Assembly (NCBI RefSeq): GCF_002451435.1
Contig: NZ_DKCF01000020.1
Source of the DNA: Bifidobacterium sp. UBA6881
GTDB taxonomy: Bacteria > Actinomycetota > Actinomycetes > Actinomycetales > Bifidobacteriaceae
DNA: 50,115 nucleotides
Strand: one strand, 5' to 3'
The notes under the pieces are model-generated. The model was not told where the DNA came from. It saw nothing but the letters and a program-made list of their open reading frames with translations, and did no database searches. This document shows, piece after piece, positions 30,584 to 43,047 of the stretch (position 1 is its first letter; every line of letters begins with the position of its first letter). A program made the position numbers and the translations under genes.

Positions 30584-32074
30584 TCACTCCCCCTCACTGA
30601 CCAGCACGCGGCGTGCGCCCAACGAGCGGATCAACGGCTCGTCGTGCGTCACCATGATCACCGAGCAGCCGGCATCCCTCGCTCCGGCGATCAACCGCAC
30701 CATTTCCGTCCATGTGGTGAAATCCTGGCCGAACGTCGGCTCGTCCATCACCAGCACCTTCGGCGCCGCGGCGAGCATGGAGGCCACGGAAAGACGCCTT
30801 TTCTCACCGCCGGAAAGCGTGAAGGGATTGGCGGGCGCGAACCGTTTGAGGTTCATGCGCTCCAGCATCTCGTCCGCTATCGCGTACGCCTCATCATCCG
30901 ATTTGCCCATGGATTTCGGTCCCACCGCCACTTCGTCGCGCACGCTGGCCGTCACGAACTGGTGTTCCGGCTCCTGGAACACCATGCCGATGCGGCCGAG
31001 CAGATCGCGGCTTTTCCAAGTGAACACGTCGTTGTCGCGATGCGCGGGGACCATGCCGTCGGCCATGCGCACATGGCCCGCGACCGGCTTGAGCAGACCG
31101 GCCAGGGTAAGCGCCAATGTGGATTTTCCGGCGCCGTTCCTACCGGTCAGCGCGGTGATCTCACCGGCATGGAAGGCGATATCGACATGCTCGCCAAGCG
31201 CGGATTCCCGTCCGAAGCTCAGATCGTCCGCATACAGCACGACGTCCTTCGCCGGCGAATCGGACTTGGGCGCATGGTTCTCGATGGCGCGTCCGGGCAC
31301 CCATGCGCCGCCGTCGGCGAGCACGTCGCCCATCGTGCCGAACACTTCCTGCGGCGTGCCGTCGGCGAGCACGCCGCTCACATGGGTGTCCGCCTCGGGC
31401 TTGCCAAGCACGATGACACGGTCGACCAGATCGAGCCACACGTCGATGTGGTGCTCCACCACCACAAGCGTCTCATGGGTGCGTTCCAGCACGTCGCGGA
31501 CCGCATCGTGCACCTCTTTGACGCCTTCCGGATCAAGATTGGCGGTCGGCTCGTCAAGCAGCAGCAGTCCGGGATGCATGGCGAGCACGCCGGCCAATGC
31601 CAGACGCTGGCGCTGCCCGCCCGACAGACGGCGGGTGGAGTGGCCGAACCTCATGTAGTCAAGACCGACGATGTCGAGGGCGGCTCGGGCACGCTTCCAG
31701 ATCTCGGCCTTCGGCAGGTTCAGGTTCTCGCATCCAAAGGCCGTGTCGTCGCCGGCGCGTTCCAGAATCGTCTGCGAATCGGGGTCCTGCAGCACCAGTC
31801 CGGAAGCGCCGCGCGCATGACGCGCGTCGACGCCGCCGACCAGCAGTTCGCCTTCCTGCTCGCCTTCGTCGTCACCGCCCAGCACACCGGCCAAGCCGGA
31901 CATCAATGTGGATTTGCCCGCTCCCGAAGCGCCCAGCAGCAACACGCGTTCGCCCGGATGAATCTCGAAATCGACATGTCGCAGTGCGAAATCCTTGCGC
32001 GAGGCGTGGCGCCATCCCCAATCGCGGGCGATCACGCCCGCGGGTGCAACGGCGCTCTCACTGTCGGTAGTCAT
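30584..32074 (-). CDS. ECF transporter fused double ATPase (YkoD-like)
   Basis: Two ABC domains: GASGAGKST / LSGGQRQR / DEPT and GRNGAGKST / LSGGEKRR / DEPTFGQD. Confidence 0.94.
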   Translation of the reverse strand: MTTDSESAVAPAGVIARDWGWRHASRKDFALRHVDFEIHPGERVLLLGASGAGKSTLMSGLAGVLGGDDEGEQEGELLVGGVDARHARGASGLVLQDPDSQTILERAGDDTAFGCENLNLPKAEIWKRARAALDIVGLDYMRFGHSTRRLSGGQRQRLALAGVLAMHPGLLLLDEPTANLDPEGVKEVHDAVRDVLERTHETLVVVEHHIDVWLDLVDRVIVLGKPEADTHVSGVLADGTPQEVFGTMGDVLADGGAWVPGRAIENHAPKSDSPAKDVVLYADDLSFGRESALGEHVDIAFHAGEITALTGRNGAGKSTLALTLAGLLKPVAGHVRMADGMVPAHRDNDVFTWKSRDLLGRIGMVFQEPEHQFVTASVRDEVAVGPKSMGKSDDEAYAIADEMLERMNLKRFAPANPFTLSGGEKRRLSVASMLAAAPKVLVMDEPTFGQDFTTWTEMVRLIAGARDAGCSVIMVTHDEPLIRSLGARRVLVSEGE

Positions 32075-32144
32075 CGATCGTTCTTTCTTCTCTGTGAATG
32101 GTTGTGGTGGATGCGGAATCGCAGATCATGCGAAACCCATATTC

Positions 32145-32188
32145 AAAAGGTCCCGTGGACATCCGCGGCAAGCGCGGCACGGGACCTT
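32145..32188 (-). terminator. Intra-operon hairpin with a short U-tract after the ECF S-component gene
   Basis: AAGGTCCCGTG...CACGGGACCTT 11-bp outer stem; the minus-strand 3' end reads ...GGACCTTTTGA. Confidence 0.5.
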
Positions 32189-32212
32189 GCGGGCCGAAAC
32201 GGCCTGTGCGTG

Positions 32213-32821
32213 TCAGACCAAGGTCTGCGTGCGACCGGATTCGAAGCGGTCGAGCGCGCCGGTCTGGGCGATGGCACGCTGCAGCAGGTACATCACCGCG
32301 CCGGCAAGCACCGCGCCGGAAATGGCGGAGGTCACCAGATAGACGCTCACGCGCAATGCGCCCCATGCCGGGTTGGTCGCCCAGTAATACAGCGCGCAGC
32401 CCACGCCGGCAAGCGCGCCGGAGATGGTGGTGGACAGCCAGTTCCACTTCCTGTACGCGAAAATCGCGAATCCGATTTCGGCGCCGAGGCCCTGGACGAT
32501 GCCGACGATCAGAGAGCCGCCGACGCCCCACTGGTTGCCCATGGTGAGCTCAAGCGCTGCGGCGAGTGTTTCGGCGAACAGCGCCGCGCCCGGCCTGCGC
32601 ACGATGATGGCGGCCAAAGGACCGGCGAACAGCCAGAACGCGTTGAGCAGGCCCTCGAAACCGGGGGTCACCGCTCCGACGATGGCGAGCGGAGCCGTGC
32701 AGACGATGTCCCAGCCCCAGAAGATCACGCCGGATGCCACGGCGATGATGGCGGCGACGACGATATCGACGACACGCCACTTGTTGTTGTGCTTCTTCAC
32801 TGCGGAAGATTCATTGGTCAT
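32213..32821 (-). CDS. ECF transporter S component, YkoE family (thiamine precursor/HMP)
   Basis: WRVVDIVV, IVRRPGAALFAE and QGLGAE YkoE-like motifs; downstream of a TPP riboswitch; start at MTNESS. Confidence 0.9.
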   Translation of the reverse strand: MTNESSAVKKHNNKWRVVDIVVAAIIAVASGVIFWGWDIVCTAPLAIVGAVTPGFEGLLNAFWLFAGPLAAIIVRRPGAALFAETLAAALELTMGNQWGVGGSLIVGIVQGLGAEIGFAIFAYRKWNWLSTTISGALAGVGCALYYWATNPAWGALRVSVYLVTSAISGAVLAGAVMYLLQRAIAQTGALDRFESGRTQTLV

Positions 32822-32857
32822 GAATGTGCCTTTCTCTTCAAGGCACGGGAGAAGAGA

Positions 32858-32938
32858 GACTCCGTGCGCCGGCATTACCCGGTATACGTTCATACGGTTG
32901 AAGCGTGGGCTTCCTCTCAGCCATATGGCCCCCGTGTC
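32858..32938 (-). ncRNA. TPP riboswitch with atypical J4/5, upstream of the ykoEDC-type operon
   Basis: GAC-ACGGGGGCCATATGGCTGAGA-GGAAGCCCACGCTTC-AACCGT-ATGAA-CGT-ATA-CCGGGTAATGCCGG-CGC-ACG-GAGTC. Downstream hairpin GTGCCT..AGGCAC overlaps the SD; extended -10 TGTACTAT lies upstream. Confidence 0.88.
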
Positions 32939-33093
32939 CGTGTTCCGATAGTACACACCGCGCGCGATTTGCGATAGCTTCCCATAATCACGTTCCATCA
33001 TACGGACGCGCTCGTGGGAACCGCGGTGCGGCCACGTCTCGTCATACCGAGCCATGGCCGCTTGTGGTGGTCGGTGACGAGCGACGGCGGCCG

Positions 33094-34212
33094 TCACATC
33101 GGCATGCGCATCAACGATTCGGCCAGGTTCCTGAAGGTCTCGCCGACGCCGTCCGCGCGAAGCGCCCCATCCTCGTTGAGCACCGCGGGGCGTCCCGCCT
33201 CGCCGGTTTCGCGCAGTTCCGGATCAAGCGGCAGCTGCGCCAGCAACGGCACGTCATGGCCCAAAGCGGCGCTCAACTGCTCGGATACGCGTTGGCCTCC
33301 GCCTTCGCCGAAGATCCTGAGCTTCTCGCCTTTGTGCTCGTAGTAGCTCATGTTCTCCACGACGCCGCGAACCTTCATCGGCACCTGCAACGCGACCAGA
33401 CCGGAACGCACCGCCACGTCGGAGGCCGAGGGCTGCGGCGTGGTGACGACCACCAGCTCGGCGTTCGGCAGGGCCTGAGCCACGGAAATCGCCATGTCTC
33501 CGGTGCCGGGGGCCAGATCGAGCAGCAGCACGTCCGGCTCCCCCCACCACACATCGGAAAGGAACTGTTCCAAGGAACGCTGCAGGCGCGGTCCGCGCCA
33601 GAGAATCGCGCGGTCGGCGCCGGCGAACATGCCGATGGAGATGAGTTTGACACCCCATGCGGTGACCGGCATCAGCATGCCGTTGAGATTGGTCGGCTGC
33701 GTGTGCACGCCGAACAGGCGCGGCAGGGAGAAGCCGTAGATGTCGGCGTCGATGGCCGCGGTGTCGTAGCCGAGGGCCGCGAACGTCGCCGCGAGATTCG
33801 CGGTGACGGAGGATTTGCCCACGCCGCCCTTGCCCGACGCGATGGCGAAGATACGGGTTTTGACATCCGGTCTGTTGAACGGATTGCGGCGGCGTTCCGC
33901 CTTGAGTCCGGCCACCAGTTGGGTGAGTTTGTCGTGGCTCATGGAGCTGACGCTGATGTGCGGGACGAGCTTCGCGTCGGGATACGATTCGACCGCGCCG
34001 TTGATCTGGTTGGTGATGGTCTGCGAAAGCGGGCATCCTTCGACGGTCAGTTCCACGTCGATGTTCACATCGTATGCGCCTTCGGCATCGGCAGGCGTCG
34101 CCTTGATGGACGCTATCATGCCCAGATCGGTGATGGACCGGCCCAGTTCCGGGTCGATGACTTTGCTGAGTCGCTCATAGATGCGCCCTTCGATGGTGCG
34201 CTCGTCGGTCAT
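33094..34212 (-). CDS. mrp: Mrp/NBP35 (ApbC) Fe-S cluster carrier ATPase
   Basis: DPELGRSI (DUF59), SGKGGVGKSS, DADIYG, WRGP, PGTGD, VVENMS. Confidence 0.95.
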   Translation of the reverse strand: MTDERTIEGRIYERLSKVIDPELGRSITDLGMIASIKATPADAEGAYDVNIDVELTVEGCPLSQTITNQINGAVESYPDAKLVPHISVSSMSHDKLTQLVAGLKAERRRNPFNRPDVKTRIFAIASGKGGVGKSSVTANLAATFAALGYDTAAIDADIYGFSLPRLFGVHTQPTNLNGMLMPVTAWGVKLISIGMFAGADRAILWRGPRLQRSLEQFLSDVWWGEPDVLLLDLAPGTGDMAISVAQALPNAELVVVTTPQPSASDVAVRSGLVALQVPMKVRGVVENMSYYEHKGEKLRIFGEGGGQRVSEQLSAALGHDVPLLAQLPLDPELRETGEAGRPAVLNEDGALRADGVGETFRNLAESLMRMPM

Positions 34213-34297
34213 GTTTCCTCCTTGTGCCGCATATCAGAGTAGCGTCCGTCGGCACGGCACGCCAGATGGCCGTCGACCGCGCCGTCCGCTCCCGGCC

Positions 34298-37075
<2,778 letters not shown>

Positions 37076-37200
37076 TCATTCAAAAACCGCTATATTATCG
37101 CACATTCGAAAGTCCCTCCGGCCCGGCGACCTACGGCTGCCGGACCGTCGGCGCCATTGAGGATCCACGTATGTTTGGACGTACGTGGATCCCGCGGACC

Positions 37201-40200
37201 TCAGTTGTTCAGCGACCTGAGGAACTGGGTCTGCACCACGTCGGCGCCGTCGCGGCCGTCGTCGTCCATGCGCGCGGCGGCCACCGACAGCGTGCGCGCC
37301 GGAACGAACATGCCTTCGTCCACGCAGACGCGCGCGGCCTCGCGCACCAGGGACGCCACCTGGGTGTTCGGCCATACCGGCAGTCCGGCCTCGGCCAGCA
37401 CATGCATGGCTTCGGGAACGTTGGTGGGGACCGGAATGCATTGCGACCTCGTGCGCGAGATAAGTTCCTGCAATTCGTCCTCCAGCATGGCGATGCGTCC
37501 CGGGGCGATCTCGTCGCTCATGATGTACGCGGCGGCCGCGATGTCAAAGCGGTCGCACATCCATTCCGCGTAGGCGAGACGGTAGTAGGCGAACGACGCA
37601 TCCTCACGGTCGAGCGCCACATGCAACGCGTTCAGGCATGCGGCTCGGGCGGAGTCCCAATCCTCGGCACGCGCCAGCTGCACGGCGAGCTTGAGGTGCG
37701 ACAGCGGATAGGCCGGCGCGTAGCGGACCATCGCGTTGAGATGCGGCAAGGCCGCGTCCACGCCCTTGATCTGCGCCAGGATGTCGGACAGCTCCATGTG
37801 CGTGTAGAACAGGTTGTCCGGAACCAGCACGGTGCGTTCGCCCTCCGTGGCGAACATGCGGTTGTAGATGACGCGCTCCGCATAGGAGTTGAAGTACCTC
37901 GGCACGCCGGGATTGTCGGCGTACAGCCGGTCCACGCGCTCCACGGCGTGTTCGGCGCATTCGATGGCCTGGTCGATCTGCCCGGAGAAGAGCATGTCGC
38001 GGGCCTTGAGCCGCTCGGCGTCGAGTTCGTCGGCGAGGGTGAAGGAGAAGTCGGGAGTGTCCTTGCCGTCGATCAGTGCGCTGGTCACCTGCGGGGCGAG
38101 TTCGGTCAATTCCGGGTCGCCGATGGCGTTGACGATGCCCATCGCCTTCTGGGCCTTGACGACCGATGGCGTGCCGGAGTCCGAGGCGAGCCGATGGAAC
38201 TCCCCCACCGCGCGTTGCAGCAGGTCCACGCGTTGGATCGACAGGCCGGACACGTTGCCGCAACCGAACAGCTTCGCGTCACGTTCATCGAATTCGATGT
38301 CGGAAAGCTCCGGTTCCTCCTGGCTTCCCGCCGGGGAGAACCGGCTGTCGCGCAGGTCGAAGGTGGCGTCGACGGGCTTCAACGCGCCCATGCCGTCCAC
38401 ATCCATCTCGGCGTCGAACATGCGGTAGGTGCCGGTCGGGTCGGCGAGGCCGTATTCGCGCAGACGCGCGAGGAACTCGTCGCGGGTGAACGTGACCGTC
38501 ACCAGATTGCGCACGGTCGGGTTCCTGCGCAGCTGGCTCATGGGGTCGTCATCGTCCAGCTGGCCGTCCGCGGGATCATCGCCGATCATGCCGGCGTCGG
38601 AGGAACCGCCATCCTGGGATTCCGGGGAGTCTCCCGGAACCGCGAACGCCATCTCGTCGAGGTCGACGTCCTTCATCAGGTCCTCGAACCGGCTGTCGAT
38701 GGAATCGCCATCCGCGTCGCCATCAGCAGGGGTCGTTCCATTCGCGCGGTCGGCGGCCTTCGTCGAATCGGTGGGTTCCCCGGTCTGCTGAGACAAATCG
38801 GAGGAATGCGGGGCGCCCGGCTGGGATGGGTCGCCGTGGAAGTCCCCGTCTTTCGGATCGGCTTTGGATCCGGAGGTGCCGACTTCGCCCGCGCGGATGC
38901 GCTCGAACGCGTTCAGCGCCTCGCTCATCAGCTCGCTGATCGCCGAATTCTGTTCGGCCACCGCCTCTTCGAGCCCGATCGAATCGATGTGCAACGCCAC
39001 CCGGCGGATATTGGGGTCCGCGCCGAAGCTCAGCGCGGCCATCATCAGGCCGACGCGAAGGTTGTAGTCGGCGCTCATGCGTGCGCGTTCGGCTCCTTTC
39101 ATCTCGACCCAGGCGTGCTTGGAGGCGTCGTACCGGGTCGACGGCATCATGGACACGCCGGCGGAGGTGAAGCCGATGGCCATGTTGCCGTCCTTGAGGC
39201 TGCACCGAAAATCCACATCGAAACGGTACGGGAGGCGCAGGCTGCGCAGCAGCTTCGCCATGGTTCGGCGGTACACCCATTCCGAACCTCCATCGGCGCC
39301 GTTCCCGTCGCGCCGCGCCGAGTCCTTCGCATCCTCGGCGATGCCGCGGCGTGTTTCGGCGGCGAAGTCCAGCATGCGGTTAACCGCCTGCATGCCTTCC
39401 TCTTGGTCGTTGTCGAGAATCGCGCCGAACTGGTCGTCCGGCTTCAGCGCGATCAACGCCGGATTCTCCAACAGGGCGCGGTCGATCTGCGCCGCCTCCG
39501 CGCGGGTCACCGTGTCTTCCGTGGGCAGCGCACCGATGCGCGCGTTGCGTTCCAGCCACGAGCTGACCGCCGCGAAGCGGTTGAGGTTCCCTTCGATGTT
39601 GAGCGCGCGCAGCGACGCCGCGAACGGCAGCGTGGAGTCCCACGTGAAGAAATAGCATCCGGAATAGCTGGACGTATACAGGCGCAGCGGCTCCGCGCCG
39701 TGCACGGCCTCGAGCCCTTGGTCGGTGTCGAGCGCATGCGCCTCGCGCATCAGGTCGGCGAAATACTCCTCGAGCCCGGAGACCCGCATGTCGCGCGAGC
39801 GGGCGCTCATGGTGTCGCGGATGGATCTGCGGATCGCTCCCATGGGGGCCTCGCGGTTGAGTCTGCGGAAGATGTTGCCCGAACCGAAGCCCACAAGAAG
39901 GCCGTTCATCTGCGGCAGCATGTAGGTCGTGAAGAAGGCGACGGCGACGGCGTCCCGGTATTCGAGATCGTACCGCATGGATTCGGACAGTTTGGCGCGC
40001 GTCTGCTCCAAAGTGTAGCGGTCGCCCACCTTCAGCCATGAGGCGAGCCATATCATGCGGCCGTCGGGCATGCGTCCCACCACGCCGCCCTGCGAGGCGC
40101 GCAGCCTCTTCGGATCGCGCTTCGCGGCGTGGCCGAACCGGGGTCCGTCCGGTATCGTGACGGTCTCCTCCTTGATGAACGCGAAACGCGGTTCGAGCTC

Positions 40201-40608
40201 CTGCACGTCCATCGCCGGATCGGTTCCGGCGAACACGCGAGCCTTGCTGTCGGCCAGCGCGATTTGCGCGAAGTGGCTGTCGTCGGTGAACAGTCCGATG
40301 GAGAATGCGCGTCCTTTGGTCTGCGGGAGTTGTGCCCAGCCGAGTCTGAGACGTCCGGGCACGCCGTCGAGTCCGTCGAGGATGCGGCGTTTGATGAGCG
40401 GGTTGAGGTGGATGGCGTTGCGGGTGAGTTCGTCGACGATGTCGTCCGGTGCGCCGAGCGCCTTGCCGAAGGGGTTGTGATGGCCGCCGTCGGTGGTCCG
40501 GGTGGCCTGTCGGATCAGGTTGGTTGCCTCGTGCCTGATGCGTGCGAGCATGTTCCGATGGTGGTCGGGGTGGTGTGCTGGTGCTGGTGTCGGTGTGTGA
40601 TGAGGCAT
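37201..40608 (-). CDS. Large uncharacterised protein with C-terminal TPR-like helical repeats
   Basis: 1135 aa with coding-like codon bias; C-terminal TPR-like helices (SHLKLAVQLARAEDWDSARAACLNAL, AYYRLAYAEW); acidic linker. Confidence 0.8.
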   Translation of the reverse strand: MPHHTPTPAPAHHPDHHRNMLARIRHEATNLIRQATRTTDGGHHNPFGKALGAPDDIVDELTRNAIHLNPLIKRRILDGLDGVPGRLRLGWAQLPQTKGRAFSIGLFTDDSHFAQIALADSKARVFAGTDPAMDVQELEPRFAFIKEETVTIPDGPRFGHAAKRDPKRLRASQGGVVGRMPDGRMIWLASWLKVGDRYTLEQTRAKLSESMRYDLEYRDAVAVAFFTTYMLPQMNGLLVGFGSGNIFRRLNREAPMGAIRRSIRDTMSARSRDMRVSGLEEYFADLMREAHALDTDQGLEAVHGAEPLRLYTSSYSGCYFFTWDSTLPFAASLRALNIEGNLNRFAAVSSWLERNARIGALPTEDTVTRAEAAQIDRALLENPALIALKPDDQFGAILDNDQEEGMQAVNRMLDFAAETRRGIAEDAKDSARRDGNGADGGSEWVYRRTMAKLLRSLRLPYRFDVDFRCSLKDGNMAIGFTSAGVSMMPSTRYDASKHAWVEMKGAERARMSADYNLRVGLMMAALSFGADPNIRRVALHIDSIGLEEAVAEQNSAISELMSEALNAFERIRAGEVGTSGSKADPKDGDFHGDPSQPGAPHSSDLSQQTGEPTDSTKAADRANGTTPADGDADGDSIDSRFEDLMKDVDLDEMAFAVPGDSPESQDGGSSDAGMIGDDPADGQLDDDDPMSQLRRNPTVRNLVTVTFTRDEFLARLREYGLADPTGTYRMFDAEMDVDGMGALKPVDATFDLRDSRFSPAGSQEEPELSDIEFDERDAKLFGCGNVSGLSIQRVDLLQRAVGEFHRLASDSGTPSVVKAQKAMGIVNAIGDPELTELAPQVTSALIDGKDTPDFSFTLADELDAERLKARDMLFSGQIDQAIECAEHAVERVDRLYADNPGVPRYFNSYAERVIYNRMFATEGERTVLVPDNLFYTHMELSDILAQIKGVDAALPHLNAMVRYAPAYPLSHLKLAVQLARAEDWDSARAACLNALHVALDREDASFAYYRLAYAEWMCDRFDIAAAAYIMSDEIAPGRIAMLEDELQELISRTRSQCIPVPTNVPEAMHVLAEAGLPVWPNTQVASLVREAARVCVDEGMFVPARTLSVAAARMDDDGRDGADVVQTQFLRSLNN

Positions 40609-40657
40609 GTGTCCATTCTTTCAATGCAATGCGACATGCGGCTATTAGAATAATGAC

Positions 40658-42889
40658 GTGGCTTTTTCGAAGGAACGTATGTTGGCGCGTCGTCGTAGGT
40701 GCGCGGCCATTGTAGCTGTTTTCGTTGTCGTGGTGTTGGTGGAGTGCGTGTTGTGCAATCTGCCGTTTTTCCGCACGGTGGCGGCGTCGGGCGATTCGGC
40801 GGCCGCGTATAACACGTTGGGGCCAGGTCTTGAACGGACGAAGGATGGCCTGTTGCGGGTCACCGATCCGACGCAGGCGTATTTGCAGGTGGCTGCGGAC
40901 GGTTCTTCGGATTACGTGCGTGTCGATCCGGTTTCGGATGGGGTCTTGTCGCGCGCGTTGCGTTCCCGCTCGGCGTCGGAGAACGTGTTGTGGACCGTTC
41001 GCGTTCGTCCTGATGCGGATCGTCGGGCGTGCGGGGTGAGTTCGGTGTCGTTGTCGTCTCCGCGCTCGTTGTACGTGAAGGCGGTGGCCGGGCGCACGGT
41101 CCGTCTGCAGATTCTCGAGCCGAAGGGTTCGTTGATTCCGTTCGAGGCGGTGCGGGCGAATGTGCGGGTGCCGTTCTCGTTGAGTCCGTTGCGTATCGTG
41201 GCGATGCTGCTGTTGTTCGCGTTGGTGGCGTTGTGGCGTCCGGGGTCGAGGCTGTGGAAGGTTCCCGTGGACATGTCGCGTCGACGGCAGCGGATCGTTC
41301 TGGCTTTGGTCCTGGCCGTTCCGGCTGCGGCGACGTTGGCCGGGGTGGTGTGGCAGTTGGCGAACGCGGTGCCGTTGCGTTTTCATTCGGATGGCATGTA
41401 TACGTATGATTTCGACCAATACGACCATGTCGCGCAGTCGTTGCTGCATGGCCGTCTGTGGCTTGACCTTGATGTGCCCGACGCGCTGTCGGGCGTTTCG
41501 GACCCGTATGATGTGGCGACCCGTCAGCGTCTGTTGCATTCCGGGGTGCAGCCGATTTATTGGGATTACGCGTTTTTCCATGGACATTGGTACTCGTATT
41601 TCGGCGTGGTTCCGGCGGTGCTGCTGTTCGTGCCGTACCGTTTGGTCACGTCGTTGTGGGTCGATGGCGGTTTGGCGTTGCCGACGGGCGCGGCCGTGTT
41701 GTTGCTGATGTTTGGTTTTCTGGTGTTCTCATGTCTGCTGACGGTCCGGTTGGCGGTCCGTCTGCGGCCCGGGGTGTCGGCCGCGGCGACCGGCATGCTG
41801 TGCGCGTTCGTGTTGTTGGCTTCCAACGGCGCGTATTTGTGGTATCGCACGAATTTCTATTCGGTGCCGATCGCGGCGTCCCTGATGCTGAGCACGCTGG
41901 GGTTGTGGCTGTGGCTGGGCGCGTCGATGCCGCGCAAAAGCCGTTCCGGGGGTCCCGCGGATCCCGGCGCCTGCATGTCGGATGACGGCGTGCCCGCGCT
42001 GTCGCTGCCGCATCTGGCGGCCGGTTCGGTGTGCATCGCGGCGAATCTGGGCTGCCGGCCGCCGTTCGTGCTGGTGGCGCTGCTGGCGTTCCCGATGTTC
42101 TGGCCGCAGATCCGTTCCATCATCCGTCGTCTGTCGGCGTCTCGCCGCGCCGGCACGGACACGTCCGGTATTGGGACGGTCGCGCGTGTCGGGGTGTTGC
42201 GGTTGCTGCGCGCGCCGCTTGCGGTGGTGATTCCCGCATTGGTGGTCGTGGTTCCGCTGTTCGCCTATAATGCGGCCCGTTTCGGTTCGCCGTTGGATTT
42301 CGGCTCGGCATATCAGATGACGGTCACCGATCTGACGAGCTACCGTCAGCCGGCGTCGAATCTTGTGATGACGGTCGTGTATTACCTGTTTCTGCCGTTG
42401 CGGTTCACTTCCACGTTCCCGTTCCTCGCGGTGTCGCCGTCGCCGTTGCCGTCCTGGGGGTTCGCGGAGGCGATGCCCGGCGGTCTGCTTCCCATGGTTC
42501 CGCTGGCGGCGGCCGCGTTCGCGCTGCCGTTCCTGCGCCGGCGCATGCGCGCTTGCGGCGACGCGAACCTGTGGCATACCCTGATGGGGTGCCTGCTGCT
42601 GGGATTGCTGGTCGTCGTGTTGGATGCGCGTCTTGCCGGTCTGGGCTGGCGGTATATGGCCGATTTCGGCTGGCTGTTCGCTTTGGCGGCGATGCCGGCG
42701 CCGCTCACCATGTTGGATTGCCGTGGCGTCCGGCTGCGTTGGTTGGCCCGTGCGGCGTTCCTCGCGCTGTTGGTGTTCGGCATCGTGGTCATGGTGATGT
42801 CGCTGTTCATGTTCGGACGCGATGACGAGATGTTCCGCAACAACGCGCCGCTGTTCCACGAGGTGCAGTCGTGGTTCGCGCTGCTGTAG
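40658..42889 (+). CDS. Polytopic membrane protein, putative GT-C-fold glycosyltransferase
   Basis: About 12-13 TMs; large loop with DFDQY...DPYD...YWDYAFFHGHWYSYFG; FGSPLDFG and RYMADF. The GT-C call is inferred from architecture. Confidence 0.6.
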   Translation: MAFSKERMLARRRRCAAIVAVFVVVVLVECVLCNLPFFRTVAASGDSAAAYNTLGPGLERTKDGLLRVTDPTQAYLQVAADGSSDYVRVDPVSDGVLSRALRSRSASENVLWTVRVRPDADRRACGVSSVSLSSPRSLYVKAVAGRTVRLQILEPKGSLIPFEAVRANVRVPFSLSPLRIVAMLLLFALVALWRPGSRLWKVPVDMSRRRQRIVLALVLAVPAAATLAGVVWQLANAVPLRFHSDGMYTYDFDQYDHVAQSLLHGRLWLDLDVPDALSGVSDPYDVATRQRLLHSGVQPIYWDYAFFHGHWYSYFGVVPAVLLFVPYRLVTSLWVDGGLALPTGAAVLLLMFGFLVFSCLLTVRLAVRLRPGVSAAATGMLCAFVLLASNGAYLWYRTNFYSVPIAASLMLSTLGLWLWLGASMPRKSRSGGPADPGACMSDDGVPALSLPHLAAGSVCIAANLGCRPPFVLVALLAFPMFWPQIRSIIRRLSASRRAGTDTSGIGTVARVGVLRLLRAPLAVVIPALVVVVPLFAYNAARFGSPLDFGSAYQMTVTDLTSYRQPASNLVMTVVYYLFLPLRFTSTFPFLAVSPSPLPSWGFAEAMPGGLLPMVPLAAAAFALPFLRRRMRACGDANLWHTLMGCLLLGLLVVVLDARLAGLGWRYMADFGWLFALAAMPAPLTMLDCRGVRLRWLARAAFLALLVFGIVVMVMSLFMFGRDDEMFRNNAPLFHEVQSWFALL

Positions 42890-42918
42890 CGGGCGCCGTT
42901 CCGTCCTATGGACATGTC

Positions 42919-42935
42919 TTTCAGGTATATTTCAG
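42919..42935 (+). promoter_or_regulatory. Direct repeat TTTCAG-N5-TTTCAG, candidate response-regulator site
   Basis: 11-bp-period hexamer repeat in the AT-rich region about 110 bp upstream of the sulfotransferase gene. Confidence 0.5.
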
Positions 42936-43047
42936 CTTTTTATCACGTATCATCCAAGTTTTTTTCCGGTTCGTTCCGAGGTTGCCGGATAATAGTTGAT
43001 ATCGTCAGTGTTCGCTTTAAGATGAAAATCACCGTGGAGATTCCATC

